Below, piece by piece: positions 39,606-52,500 of a stretch of 64,000 bases of DNA. The DNA is taken from positions 248,001-312,000 of the forward strand of contig JAPDFW010000056.1 in the NCBI GenBank assembly GCA_028826165.1, read 5' to 3'. The translations under genes were made by a program, and so were the position numbers. Positions within the stretch are counted from its first letter, which is position 1. Every line of letters begins with the position of its first letter. Source of the stretch: Anaeramoeba ignava BMAN. Taxonomy: Eukaryota; Protista; Anaeramoebae. The notes beneath the pieces were generated by a model, which did not search any database, was not told where the DNA came from, and worked only from the letters and a program-made list of their open reading frames with translations.

Positions 39606-39704
39606 TTCCATCTTGTTTGATTTGATTTCATTTTATTGAATAAAGTAATTGAAATTGAAAAATACAAAAAATTTTTTTTCATTTTTTTTCATTTTTTTCT
39701 TTCA

Positions 39705-42700
39705 ATGGTTCGTTTAAATTTGAATTTAATTATTTTTTATAAAAAAAAATATTAACAAAAAATTAATATTCATTGTTACTTTTTTCTTTTAAAAAGAATC
39801 AACAAAAATTTTTTGATCAACCTCTTAAAATTTTAGCAATTAAAATAATTGGATTAAAAAATACAAAAAAAGATATAATTGAAAAAAATTTCAATAAATT
39901 TCAACAAGTTAAAACTGTTGGAGATGCATTTTATATTACAGAAGAAATATTTACAGTTGAGAATTTCTTCAAATTAATTATTTTTTTTTCTTTATTTTTT
40001 AATTAATTAATTTTTCTTTTTTTTTGTTTATAAATTCAGAAATTGAAAAATCTTTCCATTTTTAAATCTATTAAATTTAATTTAGATAAAGCTATTGTGA
40101 AAGATAATTCAAATGCTAATCTTAGTGTTTTAGATGTTGAATTTGAAGAAAAAAGTCGTGGACCAAATCTACAAATTAGTGGAAATTTTAGTAAAAAAGG
40201 ATTTGGTGGTGTAAAATCAATATCAAATTCAAATTCAAATTCAAATTCAAAATTAAAATCAAAATCAAATTCAAAATCAAAATCAAAATCAAAATCAAAT
40301 TCAAATTCAAATTCAAATTCAAATTCAAATTCAAATTTAAATTCAAAATCAAATTCAAAATCAAAATCAAATTCAATTTCAAATTCAAAATCAAAAATCA
40401 AAAATTCAAAATCAAATTCAAATTCAAAATTCAAATTTAAAATTCAAATTCAAATTTAAATTAAAATTTAAATTCAAATTCAAATTCAAAATTCAAAATT
40501 CAAAATTCAAATTCAAATTCAAATTCAAATTCAAATTCAAATTCAAATTCAAATTCAAATTCAAATTTAAATTCAAATTTAAATTAAAATTCAAATTCAA
40601 AATTAAAATCAAATTCAAATTCAAATTCAAATTCAAATTCAAAATCAAATTCAAATTCAAATTCAAAATTCAAAATTCAAATTCAAAATCAAAATCAAAT
40701 TCAAAATCAAAATCAAAATCAAAATCAAAATCAAAATCAAAATCAAATTCAAATTCAAATTCAAAAATCAAATTCAAAATCAAATCAAAAATCAAAATCA
40801 AATTCAAAAATTAAATTCAAATTAAAAAAATTCAAATTCAAATTCAAATTCAAATTCAAATTCAAATTCAAAATCAAAATCAAAATCAAAATCAAAATTC
40901 AAAATCAAATTCAAATTCAAATTCAAAATCAAAACCAAATTCAAATTTAAAATCAAAACCAATTTCAAATTCAAAATCAAATTCAAAATCAAAATCAAAT
41001 TTAAAATCAATTTCAATTTCAAATTCAAATTCAAATTCAAAATCAAAATCAAATTCAAATTCAAATTCAAAATCAAATTTAAAATTCAAAATTAAAATCA
41101 AATTCAAATTCAAAATTAAATTCAAATTCAAAATCAAATTCAAATTCAAAAATTAAATTCAAAAATCTAAATCAAAATCAAAAATTTAAAAATCAAATTC
41201 AAAATTCAAATTCAAATTCAAATTCAAATTCAAATTCAAAATCAAAATCAAATTCAAAATCAAAATCAAAATCAAAATCAAATTCAAATTCAAATTCAAA
41301 TTCAAATTCAAATTCAAATTCAAATTCAAATTCAAATTCAAATTCAAAATCAAAATCAAAATTAAAATTAAAATTAAAATTAAAATCAAATTCAAATTCA
41401 AATTCAAAATCAAAATCAAATTCAATATCAAATTCAAATTTCAAATTCAAATTCAAAATCAAATCAAAATATAAATTCAAATTTAAATTCAAAAAATTAA
41501 AATATAAAAAAAATTCTTAGAGTATTTCATCAAAAATTATTAATATGTTTGGAAGAGGAGAGAAACTTCATGGAAATTTTTCAATAGGAAAAGATTCAAG
41601 AAACTTACTTTTTGATTTTTCAAAACCAATTTTATCAATTTTTGAAGAGAAAATACCAACAATAAATTTTCAAGCATTTCACAACATAAATCCAAATGAA
41701 AAATTAAATTTTAAAGAGAAAATAATTGGATCTCAAATTATTATGTCTTCTGATATAATTAATCCTGAATTAGATAACACAAGAAGAGGAATAGGATTTT
41801 CGAATTTACTTCATTCTTTATCATTTGTTTGTGAATCTCGTTCTGTAAAAACATTAAAAGAAAATTCTGTAGATGAAACAAATCAAAAATATTTAGGTCA
41901 TTCTTGGAAAACTTCTTTAGTTCATGATTTATATCTTGATAGAAGAGATAATCATTTATTTCCTTCTAAAGGATATTATTTTCATGTTTCAAATGTATAT
42001 TAATATTTAATATTTAATATTTAATATTTTATATTTTATATTTTATATTTAATATTTAATATTTAATATTTATATTTTAATATTTAATATTTAATATTTT
42101 ATATTTTAATATTTTATATTTAATATTTAATATTTTATATTTTATATTTTATTTTATATTTTATATTTTATTTATTTTATGTTTTATATTTTTATATTTT
42201 AATTTTTATTTAATATTTTTAATATTTAATATTTTTATATTTTATATTTTATATTTAATATTTTATATTTTATATTTATATTTTTATTTTTTATATTTTT
42301 ATATTTTTTTTTATATTTTTATGTTTTTATATTTTTATTTTTATTTTATATTTTTATTTTTATTTTATATTTTTATTTTATATTTTATATTTTAATATTT
42401 TATATTTTATATTTAATATTTATTATTTTATATTTTTATATTTTATAATTTTATTTTATATTTTATTTTATATGTTTTATATATTTTATATTTTATATTT
42501 TTTATTTTTATATTTTTTTTATTTTTATATTTATTTTTATATTTATATTTTAATATTTAATATTTTTATATTTAATGTTTTTATTTTATATTTTATATTT
42601 TATATTTTATATTTTATATTTAATATTTATATTTTAATATTTTATATTTTATATTAATATTTTATATTTTATATTTTATATTTTATATTTTATATTTTAT

Positions 42701-43382
42701 ATTTTATTTTTATATTTTATATTTTATATTTAATATTTTATATTTTATATTTTTAGGAAATTGCTACAACTTTTGCTAATCAAACTTCTTCTTTTATAAA
42801 ATCAACAATCCAAACTCAAAAAAATTTTCCAATTTATAAATCATTAAGATTAAATATTCTCAATTCATTTGGATTCATTTTACCTCTTTTCTCTTCACAA
42901 GAAATTAAAATAAATGATCTTTTTCCTGAACATACTCGTTCATTTTGTCGAGGTTTTAAATTAAATGAAAATCCAGGTAAATATTTAATATTTAATATTT
43001 AATATTTAATAATTTAATATTTTAAATAAAATTCTCTCTTTTTTTAGATTCAAAAAATTTTGGAGGAAATATTTATAATTTTTTATCTGCCATTTTATCA
43101 TTTAAACTTCCTATTCCAAATTCAGAAAAAGTTCCAATTTATCCTCAATTATTCACTTCTATTGGAAATATTCAATTTAAAGAATCTCTTCAATTTTCAA
43201 ATTTTTTTCAATTTTTTCACCAATTATTAAAATTAAGTGATTCAGTTTTAGGTTTTGGATTAGCAACACAATTAGGAGCTTCTAGACTTGAAATAAATGC
43301 TTCTTATCCAATTATTACAAAAGAAAAAGAAAAAAAGGAATTTAGTAAAATTTCCTTTTCTTTTGATCTTCATTTAAACTAA
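39705..43382 (+). CDS. SAM50: Sam50/Omp85 beta-barrel assembly protein (POTRA + barrel); about 6 exons
   Basis: POTRA (IKIIGLKNTKKDII...LKNLSIFKSI), NMFGRGE, DRRDNHLFPSKG, CRGF, FGGN, GFGL...RLEINASYP and a C-terminal beta-signal-like ISFSFDLHLN*. Confidence 0.85.
40213..41490. repeat. (AAATTC/AAAATC)n array in a Sam50 intron
   Basis: Direct inspection. Confidence 0.9.
41996..42750. repeat. (TATATTT/TAATATT)n array in a Sam50 intron
   Basis: Direct inspection. Confidence 0.9.
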
Positions 43383-43515
43383 AATAGCTTTTTAATTTCT
43401 TTTCTTAAAATACTTGGAATTTAAAAAATTAAAATTTTAAATTTTAAATTTTTTATTTATTGTTTTTATTTTTTATTTGAAAAATTGATTTTGAGAATCA
43501 TTTTCTTTTGTTGAT

Positions 43516-46500
43516 TTAGTTTGATTGTAAATTACCTTCACAACTTTTATAAAAATCAATTAAATTTGATAATTTTAATTTTAAATCTTGAAGGTTTTTC
43601 AAACGAGCAATATCTTCAAAACCAATGAAATCATTAGCAAATAATTCATTAAAAATTTCATCTTCTTTAATTGATTTAGGTTCTTTTGGTTTTTCTTTTA
43701 AATGTTTAAATAATTTACTCAAACCTTTAAATAATTTATTTTGGATATTATATTCCAATTTTTGGAATTCTTGATTAATTATTTGTTTTTCTTGAGGTTG
43801 TATTTGTAATTTATATTCTTGAGGCAAAACTCGAGAAGGATGATCCAATTCTTTAACAATTTCTTGAAATAAATGAACTAATTGAGAAATTGTTATTTTC
43901 TTAAAACTTGAACATTTTTCAATATGCTCTCTTACTCCTTGAAATAATCTAATTTGATTTAATTGGAATACTTCTTTTTGAATGGAATTTTCTTTTTGTT
44001 CTTTTTGTTGATGCTGAGGTTTAATGATAAAGTCAATAATACTAAATTCTTTAATTTTATTAAGTTCTTGTTCTTTTTCTTGGTTTTTTTCATCTGCAAA
44101 ATAATTAATCAAAACATAAGCAAAATAACCACAATTTTCTAATATTCTGTATGTATCTAATTCTTTAATAATATTATCTTTAATTGAACCATTTATTTTT
44201 TCATTTCCAATTTTGTTTTCTACTTTTTCTAAAATTTCTTTTTCAATATTTGGAATTGGTGGTATTTTGATTTCTGGAAGTTCTAATTTATGGACTTGAA
44301 TTGAATTTAATTGTGATTCTAAATATTCCTCTAATAAATAAAGACTTTGTGTTTCTTCAATCAAATTTTTGATAATAAATTCTTCAGTTTTTTTTGTTGT
44401 TAATTTTAAAATATTTGGGAAACTTTTTTTCTCTTGTGTTTTTAAATCAATTTGTTGAGTAATAAAATCTTTGGGATTAATTAATAATTTTGTTGAAATT
44501 TTAGAAATCAGATTGTTGTAAATTTCAATATACTTTTCAAATATTCTTTCTGATTCTAATTCGAAATTTGGGATTTCTTTGATAAATGTTTCTGTTGAAA
44601 TCATTTTGTTTTTCTCAAGTTCTTTTCTTAATTGTTCATAATTCCAAAATTGACAAAATTCTTCAAGGTTTTCTTGATTTTCTTGATTTTCTTTTAATAA
44701 ATCTTTAATTTTTGATTTTTCTTTGAAATTTTGATCTGAATTTAATATTGCTTTGGAATATTGGAAAAATGATGAAAATTTACTTATAATTTCAAATTGT
44801 TCATAATGTTCAAAATAAAAGTGAGAAAATGGATTTTCCTTTTCCATTTCAATTTGATTTTGATTTTGATTTTGATTTTGATTTTGATTTTGATTTTGAT
44901 TTTGATTTTGATTTTGATTTTGATTTTGATTTTGATTTTGATTTGGATTTTGGTTTTGATTTTTTGCATTTTGATTTGGATTTTTTTGATTTTTTTGATT
45001 TTTTGCATTTTGATTTGGATTTTTTTGATTTTTTTGATTTTTTGCATTTTGATTTGGATTTTTTTGATTTTTTGCATTTTGATTTTTTTGATTTTTATTT
45101 CGATTTGGATTTTTTTGATTTTGATTTTTTTGATTTTTTGCATTTTGATTTTTTTGATTTTGATTTTTGATTTTTGATTTTGTTTTTTTTGATTGAATAA
45201 TGAAATAAGTTTTTCAATTCCAATTTTGGGGAAAGAATACCAACACCAAATTTTGTTTTCTTTAGATAAATTAGATATAATGAATTTTTTTTCTTTTTGA
45301 CTTGTTTGAATAATTTCTTTTATAATTTGATCAAATGTTTTTGTTTTTTTTTTATCATTTTTCATTTTGATTGATACTTTTTGGCATTTGAGAAAATTGG
45401 ATAATAATTGATTAATATTCTTTTTGAATGTTAATTTTAAATTGTTATTTTCTGGTAATTCTTGATAAAATGATTGAGAAATCTTTTTAAACTCTTCATC
45501 ATTTTCAATTTTTTGATTTAAAATGATTTTCTCTAATATTTCAAAAAATGATTTCATTGAATTTGGTTCTTTTTCATTTTTTGTTAATTCTTTAATTTCT
45601 TTTCTAAGATTTTGTTCTAATAATAATATTATTTTCCTTAATTCAATTTTCTTTTCTAACAATATTGTATTTGGATTTAATTTTAAATGAAATTTTGAAA
45701 TTTCTTCAAATTTTTCTTGATTAAAATTAGTTTGTTTTGTAACAATATTTTTGATTTCGTTTAATAATTCCTTTTCATTTTCATTTTCAATTTGATTTTG
45801 ATTTGAAGTATTAATTAAATATTCAAGATATTTTTCAGCTAATAAATTATCGCATGTTTCTTTCAGATTTAATTCTATTTTTCCAAATTTCATTCCTTTT
45901 AAAATATTTGGGAACTTATTTTCCAAATAAAATATCATAAATCTAATAATTTTAAGAGGTAAATCCCGAATACTTTTAGATAATTTTTGTTCTTTTATAA
46001 TTTCTTCTACAAATGTTTTTATATAATTCAATAAATTTTTCTTATTTTTCTCGTTTTCATTTTCATCAATTTCATCAATTTCATAACTTTCATCATTTTC
46101 ATCACTTTCATCAGTTTCATCAGTTTCATCAGTTTCATCATTTTCATCACTTTCATCAGTTTCATCAGTTTTATTATTTTCATCATTTTCATCATTTTCA
46201 TCAGTTTTATTATTTTCATCATTTTCATCATTTTCATCATTTTCATTATTTTCATTATTTTCATCACTTTCATCATTTTCATCACTTTCATCATTTTCAT
46301 CACTTTCATCACTTTCATCATTTTCATCACTTTCATCACTTTCATCACTTTCATCATTTTCATCAGTTTTATTATTTTTATTATTTTTATTATTTTCATT
46401 ATTTTTATCACTTTTATCATTTTCATTATTTTCACTTGTTTTAAATCTCAAAGAATCCAAAATAAATCTTGTAATTAACTTATATACTTCTGTTATCACT

Positions 46501-49500
46501 TTTTTGCTTTCTTCATTTGAATAACATTCAGAAATGATTTGAATTAAAAAGTTTGGATTTGTAAATTCTTTTGATTTAAATTTTTCTCGTGAATTAGATG
46601 GAAATTTGCAAATTATTAATAAAGTATTAAATTCAATATCTTCCCATTTTTGTAATAAATCTTCTTTTTCATCTTCTTTTTCTAATTCTTCAATTATTTT
46701 CTTGGCATTTCTTGATTTTTGGATAAACTTATATCTTATATCTAAATTAGATTCTGGAAGTGATTTTAATTGTGAAATAATCTTTTCAATAAGTTTCTTT
46801 TTGTTAAATTCAGCTTTTTCCAAAATTTCTAAATTAAGACCAAATTCTTTCAATAATGTTACACATTCAATAATTGAAATAAATTCTTTCCATTCTGTTT
46901 TCTTTTTGATTTCTTCTGTTTTTGTTTCTAATTCAATTAAACTTTTTGGTTTTTCTTTTTCATTTGGAAATAATATATTATATGGATTAAATTTTCCAAA
47001 ACTTTCTAATTCTTGATAAGTTTGTAAATATTTTGGAGATAATGAATATTTCACAAAATCTTTGAAATAATTTATAATTAATTTTTCCATGAATTTTTTG
47101 TTATTTTTCTTTTTCATTTCTTGATCAATTAATTTAATTGTTTGATTTTGATTTTGATTTTGATTTTGATTTTGATTTTGATTTTGATTTTGATTTTGAT
47201 TTTGATTTTGATTTTGATTTTGATTTAATTTTCTTTTTGATGAATAAAAATAAAAACTAAATGGGAATTGAATATTTTGGATTCTATTTAGTTTAGCATA
47301 ATTAAATTTAAATGGTTTGAAATATTTCATACATATTTTCCATATTTCATTGTTTTCTTTAGTTAATGTTTTTAAATTATTAAATTTATCAATTTCTTTA
47401 ATAATATTTACTAAAATTTTAACTGAAAAATTATGAATATGCCTATTAAAACTTGAGTTAATTGATTCAAATGAAATTTGTGATTCTTTGTTAAGATAAA
47501 TTGATTCTGTTATTTTATCCCATTCATTTTTTATTTTCTTGCTTTTTAAACTTTTATTAAATTTTTCTTCTAATAATTCTTTAAAAGATTTATCAAATTC
47601 ATCAATTTTTTTGTTTAATTTTTGTAAAGATAATTGATAAATTTTATGAAATAAATTTGATTCTTCTTGTTGCTCTTGTTGCTCTTCTTTTTCTTGTTTT
47701 TCTTTTTCTTTATAAATTTGATCAAAAGGAAGAAGAAATGTATCAATTGTTTTAAAATCTGGATTTAAATCATCTAAATAATATATTTCCCATTTTTCTT
47801 CAAAACAAATTCGGAATGTTTGGTTTTCACTTGATGAAAGATGAACAAAAAGAATAATAGTTTGTCTTTCTTTTTTCTCAAAATTTTCATTAGATTCAAT
47901 CAAACTTTTAATATGTTGAAATGATTTCATAATGTTTTTATCTGAAGATACTTCAAATTGAATGAAAATTGCTTTTTTATTTTCTTCTTTTAAATGAGAA
48001 TTAATTGAGTTATTAAAATCATCTGTTTTCCCAAAACTTGTAACATTAATTAATGGGTAGTTTTTGTTTTCTTTTTTACAAAACTCTCCTAAATCAAATG
48101 GTGGTGAATTTGTTAAAATGATCAAATTTTTTTCCTTTTTTGTTATTTTGTCAAGTAAATCTTTTAAATCTGATGCTGTGTTTTTACTATAATTATCCAA
48201 ATCTTTTTGAAGTGTTTCTTCAAATTCACTTAGTTTTTCTTGTTGTTCTTGTTTTTGTTGTAAATGTTTTTTAAGATGGATCATTGTTCCTAATTTAGCA
48301 ATTTTGTGCCAATAATCTTGATGAAGAATTTTTTTATGCTTTGTTAATTTTGATTCTTTTTCTTGTAATTTGAATGAAAGAGAAGAAATTAAATCAGGAT
48401 GGAAACCTGCTAATAATTGTGATGTTTTTGTTGATGTTAAATTTTTGATGTTTTCAAAATAACCTTGGATTTCTTGTTGATAATTTTTCCCTATCTCACT
48501 AAGAAAATCATTTGAGGTAACAAGTTGTTTTTCAAATCGATTTAAAATTGCTGGTGATAAATCTGTATAAGCTCTTTCTTTAGGCATAATAACAACAATT
48601 CTTGATGTTGGATTAATAAATACTCTTGTTGTTGATGCTCCAAAACTCACATTTGAAATGTATTTATCCCCAATAACTGTATATTTTTGATTTAATACAT
48701 CATATAATGGTTCAAATAATTGTTCTTGGTTACATAAAACAATAACATTTTTATCAGCAATTAAATTGGCAACATTTTTCAAATCATGATAAGTTTGAAT
48801 ATCTTTATCGTCATTGAAATACGATCCATATAAAAGCTTAATGTTTCTTTCCTTAACATCTTTTTTCAATTTTTCAATAATTAAAGGAAGAATTGCCATT
48901 TCTTCACAAATTATCATTATATGTCTTGATTTTATTTTTTGTTCGTTTGGGTTGATTTCTAAATTATCAGTAATCAGATTCATTGTTGATTTTTTTTTCG
49001 GTATATCATCGTTCCAATAATTACATTCCTTTAATAATGGTTTGATAATCTCATCAAAAAATTTTTTAGGTGCTCCTCCAAAATTTCTGAGAAATGATTG
49101 AAAAACAATTCCCAAAATTTCTTGCTCAGAAAATTCTTTTTTCTTATCTTTCAGTTCATATCCAATCATTTTAATTAAATAATAAAAATCTCTTAATCCA
49201 AAGAAATTTTCCCTAATTAATCTTTCTTCACTTTCTTCAGTTTTTCTTTGTTGTTCTTGGAATATTTTAAGATAAATTTCTGCGAGTTTTTCTGGTATTT
49301 CTTGTTCTTTTATACTTGATTTATAATCCGATGAGATGAAAATTGATTCAAAAATTGTTTTTCCTGTTTCCTTTAATCCTCCTTTATCTGGATCATTTCT
49401 TTGAAGGAATATTCCTCGATTTGTTTTACTTGCATCAAGTTTCCAATTTGAAATTGCAATAACTGGGAATTTTTCTTCATAACTTCTTGCATCTTGATCA

Positions 49501-52500
49501 GATAATTCAAGTTCTTTATGTAATACTTTTAATGGGAATTCTGGATTCATTTCTGCAAGTGCAACTTCATCCAATAAAACAACTGGAACATTTTCTCTTC
49601 TTTGATATTGGAATTCTTGATTTTTTAGATTTTCTTGATTTGCTAAATATTCTTTTTGTTGTTCTTTATACCTTCTTGCTTGTTCAAATATTTTTTCTAT
49701 AGCTCTTGGTGTTGTTTGAGGTGAGCATTGTAATGGGAAAACTCGAATTCTTTTAAGTTTTCCTTCTCTAACATATTCATTATTTGATGAATTACTTAAC
49801 CAAGTCTTTAAAATATCGATTGATAATGATTTTGATGTTCCTAATTTAATTTTATAAATGAATTTTAATAAATTAATTTTAATTTCATAAATGAATTTTA
49901 ATTTTATAATAGTTTTGTTTTACCTGGTTTTCCAATTATAAATAAAGGAATTTTGGTTTGAATACAAATAAATTCAACTAATAAATTTTCTGTTAATGCT
50001 TCATTTGCTGCAATTGCTTGTGATTTTAAATTTAATTTATCTTCAATATTATTAAAGAATTGTGTTCTGAGTTGATTTATAGCTTCTAAAAATTCATTTT
50101 TTGTTGTTGGGAATTTTGGTTTAATGTCTTTGAAAAATGAAGTAATTTGAATATCTTTCAAAATATATGAATAATAATCTGATCTTAGATTAACTGAAAA
50201 TCTACATCCATAACTTATAAAAATTGATAAAAGAATTCCAATCACCATTTTCTTTTTCTTTTGTGTAAGTGCGAATGACTTAATTTTCTCAAGTTTTTCA
50301 GGTTTAATAAAAAGGTTAAGTGTTAAATCATCATTCAAAAGATATTCCCAAATTTTAAGTACTCTCGTTGCATCTCTAAGTGAAATTGAACTTTTTGTAT
50401 CAAATGATTTGAATTTTGCAAATTTATGTGATCTTGAAAGTAAATTCTTATAAAGTTCAATTGATTGATTAATTTCATTTTGAGTAAATCCCCAATTCGT
50501 CTTAAATTTCTGTTTAATCATTTCATGTAAATAAAGTTTTTCACTTTCATCATCAAGTGATCCAAAATCGAAAATATGATCAAAAAATGAATCAGGAATT
50601 TCTCGAACTCGATAAACAGCTTTTTGTAATTTTCTAACTTCTTTTGATCTTTCTCCATAATCAAAAATTAATTTTAATTCGAATCCATATTCTTTTTTAT
50701 TTTTATTTTTATTTCGATCTTGATCTTGATCTTGATCTTGATCTTGATTTTTTTTCTTTTCTTTTTCTTTTTCTTTTTCTTTTTCTTTTTGCTTTTCTAT
50801 TTCTATTTCTGTTTCTATTTCTTTTTCCATTTGAATTTGATTTTCGTCTTTTTTTGCTTTTGCTTTTCTATAAGGATTTGCAATTGCAATAAATTGAAAT
50901 TCTTTTGGAACTGTTTTTCCTTTATAAATTCTATCAAGAATTAAATTCTTCATTAATGAAATACATTCTTTAGGAGCTGTATTAAATTCATCAAAAAGAA
51001 ATATTTGTGGAATATTTTCTCTTCTGTTTGTTAATTCTTCTTCAATTATTTCACTTATCATTTCTTCTGTTGTTCCTCCATGAATATCTAAAACTCTTAA
51101 ATATTTTCCAAGTAAGTCTTGAAATAGAAATTTGACTAATCTTGTTTTTCCACATCCTGTTTCTCCTAATATAATAACTGGTAATCCTGAAGATAATCTT
51201 TGTTGAATTAGAACGCATTTGATAAAATTATCATTTGTTAATCTATAATTTAAATTATTGATAATATTTGATAAAAGAGATAACCTATTTTGTGCATCTC
51301 CAATTCTTAGAAGGAAATTTAAATTTTCTTGTATTGTATATTGATTTTCTGTTGAAATAGGTCCAAATGAAATATTTCTTCCTCTTAATATACTTTGTAT
51401 TTCTTCAGAAAAAAATGGTTTTTTGATTTGATTTTGAGAAAAAACACCAAAATGATCAATTGGTTGTCCTTTTTGACTTCTTGAAAAAGCTAAAATTTGT
51501 GAATCTTTCATTTTTTCATTCCATGATAAAGATTTTGTAAATTTATTACATTTAGATTCTTTTTCAATACTTTCAGTTGAAGAAAATGATCTTTTGGTAA
51601 TTGTAGATATGGCTTCAATTATTAAATCTGAAATTGAATTTCTGAATTCGCTAATCATTTCTGTTCTATTTGCAAATAATTTGGTTTTTTTCGCATAAAA
51701 ATCATTCCAATTTTTAATTAATTTAGCATAAAATGCGAATAAATTCCAAAAATTGCTTAATAACATAAAATTTGCTTCATTTTCATTAATTCTATTGATT
51801 TCAAGAGTTTTATCAAATAATTTTTTTGGATTATAATTTGAATTTAGGAAAATCTCATCTCTTCTTTCAAAATTTAGATTAGCAAACTTTTCTTCTTTTT
51901 GGTTTAAAAAATTTGAACAAATCTCCATATTTTGATTAATATTTTGAAGAATAATTTGGTTTTCATCAATTTCATATTTATGTTTGCAAATAGTTTTTGA
52001 ATCTATTTTGCATTCTTTTTGTTCGATAAACTTAAGGGATGGGAAATATTTTAATCCAAACTCAGAATCTTTAACTCGTGAACTTGGTATTTCAAAGTAA
52101 ATCAAGTGTTTTTCTGGTTCAAAAATGAAAGTAGAATCAGCATGTGAACATCTTTTATCTTCAATATTTCCAAATATTAATAATAACCAAATTAACTCAG
52201 CTGTTTCATTTCCAACAGAATAAGCTAAATCAAAATGGAAACATTTTCTTAAATTTGGTGATTTTTTTTTTTCTTCTTTTTCTTCTATTGGTTTTTTTTT
52301 TGTTTTTTTGGTTGGTTTTTTTTTTTTTTTTTTGGCTAATTTTTTTTGATCTTCGTTTTCGATTAATTTTTTTTGATCTTCATTTTCGATTAATTTTTGG
52401 ATTAATGATTTTGGATCATCTTCTCGAATATCAATATGACAATATTTATATTGATTTTCTTTATTTTTGTTTTTGGAATTGATTTCAAATAATTCTTTTT

